Source: Lingula anatina (taxonomy: Eukaryota; Animalia; Brachiopoda). Taken from it: DNA of 64,000 nt. The notes under the pieces were generated by a model. That model was given only the letters and a program-made list of their open reading frames with translations, searched no databases and was not told where the DNA came from. The DNA lies in contig CM120648.1 of assembly GCA_051362555.1 (NCBI GenBank), forward strand, positions 3,530,587 through 3,594,586, written 5' to 3'. Below are positions 1 to 10,697 of this stretch, piece after piece. A program made the position numbers and the translations under genes. Every line of letters begins with the position of its first letter. Position 1 is the stretch's first letter.

Positions 1-82
1 GATACTACTTGCAGTCATTTTTCCTCCAAAAAAATCATAACTCTAAAGCAAAAATCTTCTCCCAGATACTACTAGGACCTAC

Positions 83-730
83 CATAGTTTATGTAAATCT
101 TCATTTCCTTTAATCCTCAATTCATCCTTCTTGTATGGACGCCCTGAAACAAATGAAATAAGGGGTCATTGCAAAGCCAACCTTCTTCTCTATGTTAAAA
201 TAAAAAGGCATGTTTGTTTACATATATATGCAAATAAAGGTATCTTGCAGTTTTACCTGACAAAGCCGAGGCAGCATAACTATACTAAGTAATTTCAGCG
301 GCTGATCCAGAGATATTTCTGACAGTCTTCCATATTATCTTTGTTGATCCATTCCCCATTTCTGACCATCTTCCAACAGGAAATAATGTAGATGTCCATT
401 AACTTAAAATACTCTTGATTATTTTCGGGAAGACCCAGAAAACGGCCTCTGTCCACCCCTGTTTTTTTTTTACCATGACCTTACTTTTCCTTATAAGTTA
501 TAAATGTTAAATATGACCTACCAACAGGTACTTTTCCTTATAAATGTTAAATATGACCTACCAACAGGTACTTCCCTCTTCCCCCAGTTGTCTTTATGAT
601 CAAAGAAATCCCACAAACCACTGGCTGGCCTTGAAGTGTGAAAGTGCTTCGAGCAGGGTGTGCAGCTGAAATGATTTTAAAAATACAATTAATATCATAT
701 TAAAAATTTGTTAAAAATGTTTAGCTCACA

Positions 731-778
<48 letters not shown>

Positions 779-1931
779 CAGAGTGGCAGGAATAATAGTT
801 ATGCCTTTAACAAAAACTGGAGGGAAGTTTGAATAATCACTACTCATATTTTAGTTAATTATCCGATCAATATTTGTATCAGTACATGTAGCCTTTTTTT
901 ATGTTTCAAGGAATCAAATGTGATTTTTAGCTTTAGCTAAGCAAAAAAGATCACGCAATGGGGTAGCACAAAAATTCATGTGTTAGCACTCCTATTGACG
1001 GTTCTGATATATACTGCTAGCTACTGGGCAATACATCACACAGAAGACCTTTGTAAATTATTGATATAAACAAATGCTATACATTAATAATGCTAATATC
1101 ATCAGGCTACACACATAAACAACTACATATAATGGAGCAGCTGGGGGGTAATGAACTTCCACGTTCTGAGGCATGTCGAATAGTTAATCTGACTGCATTC
1201 AGTGAGAGTCCCCACCAAGTATGCTCTATCTTCTTAGTGAACACAGCAGGAGAAGGCATTCGTCTTCCACTTTGTTTATATTTTAAAGTGTCACCACGAG
1301 TTTTGAAGTCCAGATAAAATCTACTGTTGTCACCTTTATCATTATTGTTTTAAGTGCATGCACCTCTTATCATAATTAATGCGTTAGCATAAAATAGTAA
1401 ACATTCTATCAGAAAACCTAAGCAGGAATGTAAGTGTTATATATTAATCTGCACTTCTCATCTCTATCTAATTATATTTTTACAACAATCTTGTGCGAAA
1501 GTCACTTTCTTAGCTTTTCAGTAGAACTTTTCAATTTTTGTCGTGTTCTTTCCTGTTCTATTCCTTTTTTAAATTCAGTATCCTGTACATACTTTTTTCG
1601 TACATGAGACGTTTTTTCTTTATCTCATTTCCCCCATAAGGTGCAATTTCTAAGATGTAAGTATAGTTAGATCCTTAAATAAACAATTCGTTCTCAGTTT
1701 TTACTGCAGGCCTATTGGATAATCCACTGTATTCCAACTAACACACTTGTATAACGTTACTAGGTGGGGTTTCAGAATAATCTGGAAAGTCAAAATCTAA
1801 AACACTGCATACCTGTTTCCTGAGACAAAAAGTGCATGCCGAAATGAGTTATGAAGGATTGGAATGACACCACTTATTTTTGAAAGAAATGATTTAACTG
1901 CAAGAGTCTTTGGTAACATGGTCGCAGACAT
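83..1931 (-). CDS. MRPL47: Mitochondrial ribosomal protein L47 (uL29m), 5' part; gene continues off the left edge
   Basis: Not in ORF track. Exons 1931-1813, 665-562, 143-83 (GT-AG) give MSATMLPKTLAVKSFLSKISGVIPILHNSFRHALFVSGN-SCTPCSKHFHTSRPASGLWDFFDHKDNWGKREVPV-GRPYKKDELRIKGNEDLHKLW. This is a presequence-like N-terminus followed by the MRPL47 signatures GLxxFFD..NWG and LRxKxNEDLHKLW. Confidence 0.92.
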
Positions 1932-2208
1932 CTTGGATCTCGTTCACCATGTGACCAACATAAATTAAGCGCTCAGTTATTTCCTTTTCCCCCTTTTTGT
2001 CAATGTCATATAGTGGTGAAAACGATACAATTTACTTGAATTAACAATTAATTGTAATAATCATGCAATCTATGATTTATGAGTAGCATATTGAAACATG
2101 ATGCTTCGCGTTAAAGTCCGAGAAAAGGCGAGATGATAGTCCATGTGTTATAAAAAGCGTGCAGCCATTACTAGAGGCCGGTCGAGAGTTTCTTGATTTT
2201 ATATCAAA
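1932..2208. promoter_or_regulatory. Putative bidirectional promoter/5'UTR region shared by MRPL47 and PHB2
   Basis: 277 bp between divergent ATGs (1931 minus, 2209 plus); YY1-like GCAGCCATT at 2161-2169. Confidence 0.6.
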
Positions 2209-5200
2209 ATGGACCCCAATAAACTAAAAGACATGGCCGGTAGGCTGTCAAGAGGCGGTGGCAAAGGTGGAATGTTTGGTATGGGAGGCTTAATTGCCGC
2301 TGGAGCACTTGCCTATGGACTTTATGAATCGTTTTACACAGGTAAATTCGAAGTATTTGCAATTTTGACGTAGTAAAATTGTCCAACGTGCCTGACCCAA
2401 TTCGTACACATGTTACATCAGCGCTTGGCTTTTAGAACATCTTGTATTGATGTGAAGTGATTGCACATAATTTTAATGAGAATTCTGCACCTTAACTTCT
2501 TAAGTTATTCAGAGTAAAGGAAAAGAATTACGCGAATTGAAATCTTGCAGTGGAATTTTAACTCCAGTTTATGTCCATTGCTGTGGATTATCATATCAAG
2601 GTTAGCCCTCAACAAAATGAGAAGTTTGCAGGTAAACTGACTGAAACCCAAAATGCTTAATCGCCGAAATACTCATGAAAGTAATAGGAAGAGAGATGAG
2701 GGTAACTAACAATATCATTTTGCATCTCTAATTAATTAAAAAGAAAAAATGTAGACAATATCTGGGAGAGGCACGAAGTGGTGACGTTCAGATTCTGCAC
2801 TGAGAATTTCAGTTTTATTTTTATTTTTAGTCGTAGCAGAGAAAAGACCCATTATTACTTTAAATTGTTTTATAAATATACAGGAAAATGTGTGCTGAGC
2901 AAATGGGGGAGGGAGCAATTGGAAATTTGTATATCAAATCCAGGTTAACACTGATGAGACTTTCCTGACTTTTGTCAGAATTCTGACCTTTTCAGGGTCA
3001 TTTGGGTCATTCTTGTGATTCATGAACCCTGGGAACCCCAGCCGATTTTCCTACTTTTTCAGTGAGGACTGGTCCAATCCCTGGGTTAAAAGAAAGATGT
3101 AATGTGTGTTTTGTTCTCATTTTAGTGGAAGGTGGTCACAGGTCTATTATATTCAGCCGTATAGGTGGTGTACAGAATGATATATTTACAGAAGGATTAC
3201 ATTTTAGGTATGTTACAGGAGTATTGTGATAACTTTACTGAATTATGTACTCACATCTTCAAGTAAAAATATTGATGAATTCATGCATTAAAAGTTGATT
3301 GCAACTTAAAATGACTAGTTTATAGTCAGAAATACAATATTTTTTGTATCATTAGCAAGAAAAATATTCCTGAAAATTCCTTAAGAACAACATTAATATA
3401 TTATGTCCAACATAGGTTTTATTTTGATACTGGACCCAAGCCAATTAATAGCACTCCTTTCTCCAATTTAAAACTTTTTTTGTTGATTTTCTCAGGGTGC
3501 CCTGGTTCCAGTACCCTATTATCTATGACATTCGTGCTAAACCCAGACGGCTGTCATCTCCCACAGGTAGCAAAGGTGAGTATTGCAAGCCGCACAGTCC
3601 TTCAATTAATGCTGTGTATCCTCCCTCTGAAAAAAAAAAAAAAACACCTCTTCCAGGACCTATAATACCTTGCTCCACTCATCTACTTGAAATCAATGTT
3701 TATACCATTTAAAGTTTTAAAAAAATTAGTTCTAAATCATTTGCCGGTCATTTAGACAGCCATTTAAATAAGACAGATTTTTCAAGATAAAAAAATGAAC
3801 ATTAGAGTTTTGTAATTTTTGGTCCGAATTGGAGAATGATATATTACCGTGCTGGATATGTGTATATGCAGAATTAAGAAACATGACTTTAAGACGTTTT
3901 CATACATGGGTAGCATATCCTAGTAATATCATGTGAAATTAAAATTTGAGAAAAAATTGGTAGTAGTAAGAGGAACCACAATAATTTGGTCAGTTGTAGT
4001 GCCATGTCTGTGGTTTCAGATCTTCAGACTGTGAACATTACCCTGAGAGTGTTGGCAAGGCCTGATCCACTGAGGCTCCCAGACATCTACAGAACTCTTG
4101 GCATGGACTATGACGAACGTGTGCTGCCATCTATTGTAAATGAGGTAATTTGTGCTGCCATCTATATATAGTTGAGGCTGATTGTGTACTGCCATCTATA
4201 GTCATTGAGTTTCTTTGTCTTGCCGAAGTAATGAATAATTTTTCTTTAAAAAAAAGATGTTTCTCGTAGTTATGAAGAAATATCTTTTCTTCTTGCTTCT
4301 GCTTAAAGAATAAACAGGTTAGTAGTAAAATAAAGTTTTCAGTTATATACTGAGCACTGCTTACTGTCTGCACCCTCTTATCCAATAACCGTGCTATCAT
4401 TAAAGTGTTTTACCTGTTTGTCTTTGAAAACTAAACAATCATTTTCAACAAAAACTTCACAAGTTTAATTAAAGTGACCATTTTGAATTCAACAACTACT
4501 ATTAACTACTATTCTGTGCTATTGAACCAATCCCAAACACACCTGATAAACTATAAATAAAGACTAATGTCTGTTATTTCCAGGTTTTAAAAAGTGTTGT
4601 TGCCAAGTTCAATGCCTCGCAGTTAATCACGCAGCGCGCACAAGTCAGTATGCTCATCCGTAAAAATTTGATGGACCGGGCGATAGACTTCAATATAATA
4701 CTTGATGACGTGGCTATCACGGACCTCAGCTTTGGCAGGGACTACACATCAGCCGTTGAGTCTAAACAGGTACCGACCATTTTGCTACAATAGTATATTT
4801 TCTTTTTATTTGAAATGTCATTTATTTACAGAACATTATTCATCTTTCGGTCAAAAGCTTAGACTGTATTCCCACATATTTTAGATCGATCTATCCCTGT
4901 GGGGAGTCTCGCTAGGTTACTGTCAGCTTAGCCAGCTTACAGTAATTTAGCGTGAACCCCCCAGGGAGTTAGGTAGATCCAGATGGATCGATCTAAATCT
5001 GTGGGAATGCAATCTTAGATTATTTGAGAAACTATGAACTGTGGATCATGGCAATTATTTGAGAAACTGGTTTGGATTATGGCGATTATTTTTACCCAAG
5101 TGGAATTATATGGAAAAGTAAGTGTTCTACATCATTTTTCTGCCTCTCATTAGGTTGCTCAACAAGAAGCGCAGAGAGCCAAGTACGTGGTGGAGAGAGC

Positions 5201-6650
5201 AGAACAAGAGAGACAACAGAAAGTGGTTCAAGCTGAGGGTGAAGCCAAAGCTGCTAAACTGATATCCTTTATAGTTCACACAATGAGCTTTCCAATCTTA
5301 ACACAATTACCAGGCCTACTGTAACTTGTCATATCTGACACAATAAACAGCTTCATCTAGCAAGATTGTGTCACATCTAACACAATTTATCACACCCACC
5401 ACAATCTTGTCACAGATTTTTACACAGTCAGCGTGGTTGTCCAACACCATCATGTCATAATAACACATTTTACCATATTATTTAATAAAGAACCACTGCC
5501 CAAGTGATGACCAACTGCACGGATCTGATCTCCATGTTAGTAGAGAAACCAGTACCTTAAATATTGCTTGTAATCTTGACACATTGGAGGGAGGACATCC
5601 GTGTGTTGTAAGGGCGAGCATAGATCACATGACCACCTTTCCACGGAGCCTTGTCGTAAGTGTTGACAGGCGCAATCTGTTTGGTGGGACAGCTGAAGGA
5701 CTTGAGACATGACATTACATTGACATTTGGACTTTTTTTTTTACAGTGTGGAAAATATTGGAGGTGTGATCTTTTCTTTAGTAATCTGATGGGCAGTGGG
5801 TATTTGTGTTACAAACACGCGTCATAATGTGAAATTCTTCTTGCCAGTAAAGGTTTCTAAGGAGGAAATGGAACACAGAATTAACAATGGTGTTTCTTAG
5901 GATTAAATACTTGAACATTTTTTTCCTTGACTGCTGTCCACATTGGAGATGCAGTGGCCACTAATCCTGGATATCTAAAGCTGAGGAAACTGAGGGCCTC
6001 CCAGAGCATTGCCAGGACGGTGAGGGGATTTATTTATTTTTTATTTATCATTTTTTTAGACTGGGGGAGGGGTTTAAAATTCTGATGATGCAAAATATAC
6101 TGTCAAATTTGAAACAATTGACTGACATTTTCAAAATTGTTTTCATTTAATTTTATTTATTCTTTCAATGTATTTATTTATTTATTTTTATTATTATTAT
6201 TTTTTTTTTTTGGTAGGGGGGAGGGAGTAAAACATTTTATCATGCTGCAAAATCTACTTTTTATTTCCTGCTTTAGTCATGGCTGTCACAGTTGATCTCT
6301 TTGTGTGGCACAAAATAAATTATTTGAATAAAATGAAATTTCACCTGCATCTGTCATCAAATTCGTAGTTACCTGTAACACAAAATTAAAGTTTGACAAT
6401 TTGTGCTGTTTAGGATTCTGTAATTTTGCATCAAAATTGGCAAAGCTATATTGTTCTTTCACATCCCTCATGTTCTGCTTTATACCTGTACGTTTGACAG
6501 TTGTTCTGCCCTTTATATAACTCTGTATTTTTTTCTATTTCCCAGATTGCCCAGTCCAAGAACCACATTTACTTGAATGCAGGAACGCTTATGCTGAATG
6601 TCCAGGACAAAGATTTTAACCAGAATTTGGACCAGCTGGCCAAGAAATAG
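2209..6650 (+). CDS. PHB2: Prohibitin-2, 8 exons, 298 aa
   Basis: Exons 2209-2341, 3126-3207, 3496-3575, 4020-4144, 4584-4769, 5154-5261, 5942-6019, 6546-6650 (897 nt, in frame). Motifs [68 protein letters not shown]. The C-terminal [19 protein letters not shown] is PHB2-type rather than PHB1-type. Confidence 0.97.
4862..5014. mobile_element. PIF/Harbinger-type MITE (family 1) in PHB2 intron 5
   Basis: Imperfect TIRs GACTGTATTCCCACA / TGTGGGAATGCAATC, inner IR TTAGATCGATC / GATCGATCTAA, TTA on both sides. Related to the copies at 21070, 48911 and 59744. Confidence 0.7.
5262..5941 (+). other. U12-type AT-AC intron (PHB2 intron 6)
   Basis: 5' site ATATCCTTT at 5262-5270, branch point TTCCTTGAC at 5923-5931, terminal AC at 5940-5941. 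Removal gives in-frame AAKL|IGDAV. Confidence 0.95.
5493..5799 (+). ncRNA. Composite box C/D-H/ACA scaRNA (U85/U89-like), predicted U5 snRNA modification guide
   Basis: 10-bp terminal stem CCACTGCCCA (5493-5502)/TGGGCAGTGG (5790-5799); box C GTGATGA 5504-5510; D' CTGA 5525-5528; box D CTGA 5786-5789. Internal hairpin - H box AGATCA (5622-5627) - hairpin - ACA (5689-5691). TCTTTAGTAA before box D is antisense to U5 loop 1 UUACUAAAGA. Confidence 0.9.
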
Positions 6651-7556
6651 TCAACAAAAAGTACAAGACTGTTATCATGGTGTCAGCAATTCTTTACATA
6701 AAGAGATTTTGCTGTTAACATTTGCATTGAAGAAGTCTGCAGAACAATATTTTTTGTGCCTATGAACACTGAAAGAAAATAAATGCCACTAGCGATTATT
6801 GCACGTTGAATTATCACTGTACTAGCCCAGAAATGGAAGTCTACGCCATTTTAACAGAAAGTTTTGCTAATGTCATTTTGGTAAAAGTTGCATAACTTCC
6901 ATAGCACTGGCAATGACCTCAAAGAAAGCATTTAATGGACTTTTTATCATGGAAATGATAAATCTGTAGAAAAGGGGCTTTTCTGCTATATGGGTTTGTA
7001 TGGATAACTGGAGAAATTAAACAGATTGAATAGTTGACATCTGTGTTCATAGTTTGTTATTATCACAGACTTTGAAATGTTATTAGTTGGGAAGATTAAA
7101 CGTTTCCTTCTCCAAAGATGCATACGATAAAACTGCCCGTTATTACACCAAAGCAAAAAATAACATCTTTCTTTTGTAAGTCCCATTTCTTTTTTTTTAT
7201 CACTCAAAATCAGTTTTAAACATCTTCATTATTGTTATGCCTCCTAAAACCACCAAGGTAAAAAGGACAGAGCCAATAAAAGGTTCAGCCATAAGGCGTT
7301 GGTAACTCGGTATATTTAGAACAGAAATAACCTGTCCTGACTGCAGTTAGGCATGCACCAATCGTTGATCTAACTAGTTCCTTTTTTGTTTTCAAGGCAA
7401 ATTATAGTCTGCCTCTAGTCATTTCGCTTCCGCTGAGCATTCAAATTCAATACGTTTCCCACACGTTCAAAAAAGGCTGTGTCACGCTAATATTGTTATT
7501 CACTGTTTGCTACGCCAATCTTTTTACCCTAGGCTCCATGTTGGAACGCGATGTTT

Positions 7557-8845
7557 TTATTTTACACATCGTAATGAAACTTTGGTTCCACTGACAGCTT
7601 GTTGACAGGAATCCATCACATTTCTAAACCCACATTTTCCCACCCATTTTAAAGCATTTTTGAAAGTGGCAAGCTCAACGTGAAAATCTTGTCTTTGAAA
7701 AGAAAGCGTCTTTTTCATTTTGGTTAAGAAGTAGTCGTACAAATGATAGTCGGCTTTACTCCATTCTTTGTGTTGTTGAACGACCCAAGGGTCATCTTCG
7801 GCTTTAAACTCCCGGGTGTAATAACCCGCATTTTGCTTTACATACAGCAAATCCTGTACCTTCCAGCATAACATTCTACCAAGTAAAACTAAACTTTCAT
7901 CAAACAGCTCATTCACGATTATAAAATCAAATTGATTGTCTATGTAATCAATGTATTGTTTGATGAAAGTATCATTGTTTCTGATTTTCACATCGTCATC
8001 TGGAAAGCCAAATTCAAACATCATCCCATTTCTGACAAAGCTCTTATGTCTACGACGTGTGGATATATTCCAGTATTTGTACGGATTTTGAAAAAATGAC
8101 CGCAGAGTGTTGGAAGATGTTATGTTAAACTTGCTTCTCATAGACATATAGTTGAAAGCACTCTTAAATTGGGAAAATGGTTCACGGACAAGTCCTATGC
8201 GAAACGAGTCCCTTGGCATCATAATGTTTATAACGCCAGCATCAAATACCATGTGGTCAATCATCATGTCATATGTTTTATCAGGGTTGTATGCAGCATC
8301 TGCAACTGTTATCTTCCTTACATGAAGCAGCGGGTAGTGTAAATCTTTACTAGGGTAAAAACTTGGTCTTCCTTTGATAGGACGTAGGATATTCAATCCG
8401 TAAGTGTTTGCTGCGCGCTGTAAGATCGAGTATGTAGTGGTAGAACCGCATTTATGAGCTCTCAAGAAAACAATATGTCTTTTTGGTTTACAGTTGTCGT
8501 GGGAACAAGTCCGGTTTGGGACAACGTACGGTAAAGGAGCTGCTGCAGAAGAAGGCGTGGCATCGGGAAGTTGTCCAAGACGGGTCAAATATTTTGGATC
8601 TGATAGGGTGGCCACTTGTGTCCAATCTGAAACTAAGCAGAAATATCAGATTTCACATTGCATTTCGTTCAGCTGAAATCATTTTTGGTCCAAGTTTAAC
8701 AAAAAAAGAAAGAAATGAGTACAAATTAAATTCAAGTCACATTCTGACGTCGGTCAATTTATACCTGCAAAACTCAAATAAAAAATTAAAAAAGAAGGGA
8801 TTACCATGGCACCAGCCAGATGTGTGTGTGTGTGTGTGTGTGTGT

Positions 8846-8881
<36 letters not shown>

Positions 8882-8945
8882 TCGTGTGTGCTTGGTGTGT
8901 GCTGAGAAAGAAAGCAGAACGTGGTGCTCCAATGTGTGTGTTCCC

Positions 8946-8976
<31 letters not shown>

Positions 8977-9058
8977 GAGAGAGTGTGTGAGAGAGAGAGA
9001 GACAGAGAGAGAGAGAGAGTGTGTGTGTGTGTGAGAGAGAGAAAGAGTGTGTGTGAGA

Positions 9059-9099
<41 letters not shown>

Positions 9100-9240
9100 T
9101 GAGAGAGAGAGAATGTGGTCCTTACCTTTTACAAGGGATGCGGTGTTTGTCTCAAACCTGCTACTTTCACTCACCACCCAATAAAGGGTAGCTATCATGG
9201 CAATGGGAATACACAGCAAACAAATATTCACTTTCATCAT
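7557..9240 (-). CDS. Galactose-3-O-sulfotransferase (GAL3ST) family type II membrane sulfotransferase, 2 coding exons, ~394 aa
   Basis: Exon 9240-9126 (MMKVNICLLCIPIAMIATLYWVV, signal-anchor) splices in phase 1 to 8626-7557. 5'-PAPS motif FLRAHKCGSTT, 3'-phosphate motif LVREPFSQFKSAFNY, and GAL3ST-typical FDFIIVNELFDESLVLL..LCW and ADYHLYDYF. Paralog not assignable. Confidence 0.88.
8821..9112. repeat. Compound (GT)n/(GA)n microsatellite in the GAL3ST intron
   Basis: Directly visible; accounts for the spurious low-complexity ORFs at 8737-9240 (3' part) and 8806-9102. Confidence 0.95.
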
Positions 9241-10697
9241 TGCACATTAAATTACTGGATGCATACATGTACATTTACTCACAAAATGAACAATTGGATT
9301 GTACCTAATACGTACTGTGCATATTTTATAGCCGTAGGGCTCAAACATAGAGACACAAATGCCAAATCAAATTTTATGATTTATATCAAAAACAAAAAGT
9401 AGACCGCAAAGCTGGTAAATATACAGACACCATACAGAAAACAAAGCTGCAAAACTGACAAATGTTCAGACATTACACAGAAAAAAATGCACCAAATATT
9501 GTTTTGGCCAATTTTGATGCACTTTTACATAATGCTCTAAAGCAGCATAATCATTCTTACCCTCTTACATCATGTACTACAGGTAACATGGACATTGAAA
9601 AACTAGTAAGTGATTCAGTTCCATGGGATATTAAAGCCGCCAATTCTTACTTGTGAACCCCCCCTCCCCCCCCCCCCCAAAAAAAAAAAAAAAAAATTTA
9701 CCATAAATGTAAACTGATAATGCTGATCTTCGAAAGTAATTTGCCTCTTTACCAAACAAAGCTACTCAGAAAATTTAAAGTAAAACAAATATACAGTTTG
9801 GCAGTTATGGGGCAAAATCACCAAAATTGTGAAAAAAACAGAATAATTACCATGCATGTAAACCGATCATGCTGATTTTCAAAAGCATCCTGCCTATTTA
9901 CCAAACAAAACCACTCGGTGAATTTAAAGGAAAAAAAAAAATTATGATTTGGAAGTTATGGGGCAAATGTCATGAGTTGGACAGCAACAGTGACGGGGAC
10001 AGTGAATGCGACGATGCGGACAGACAGACCAATTAGAACTTTTACCTTCGTGCAATAAAATCATTGTTGGAACCGTTAATTCCCTCACTCGCAGAAGTGA
10101 AGACCATAAACGGCAACTTCGATTATGAATGTTATTATGGCATTTTTTTTTACTTTAGAGTCGTAGGAGTGCTTGAGGATGTAAACATGCTTCTCATAGA
10201 CATAATTAAAATCACTCTTAAATTAATTTATACTGAAATTCTTTTTGGTGTCCACTGTCATATACTGAAATTTTTTAGATGCCAATTCTTATGTACCGAA
10301 ATTCTTTTCAAAGTCAGTTTGTACATATAAATCTTTTAGAAGTCAGTTTGTACACATTTCCTTCAAATATAAACAAATCTTGAAATAAAACAGTAGCACC
10401 CTCACTTGAAACTATTCAATTTATTGATCATCTTAAATAAATTTATTGAAATTAAAAAATTTAAAATGTCCATGGGCATGCATGGTCCTCTGTATTTACC
10501 GGTAGTTACCAGATAAAAACATGAAAAGCATTAATTTTCCAAACATAAATGAAGAACTGTACAAGAAATACAGCAAAATACATTTTAAATACAATAACCA
10601 ATAACAAGTTTTACTAGTAGTAATGATGTGTAGCTTGAAGGAAAAATGATTACTGTAACTCCATTTAAATTACATGACTAAAATCAATCCTTCGAGC

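Noticed and set aside
2950-3090. CTGATGA and a hairpin in PHB2 intron 1 as a snoRNA or hammerhead ribozyme
   Set aside because: No terminal stem with box D, no correctly placed ACA, no hammerhead GAAA after stem II, and no target recognised.
8672-8675. Upstream acceptor for GAL3ST exon 2
   Set aside because: Gives an in-frame TGA after six codons; the acceptor before 8626 keeps the frame open.
8483-9102. ORFs with CVCV, ERER and SLSL runs
   Set aside because: Translations of the GT/GA microsatellite or antisense to GAL3ST.
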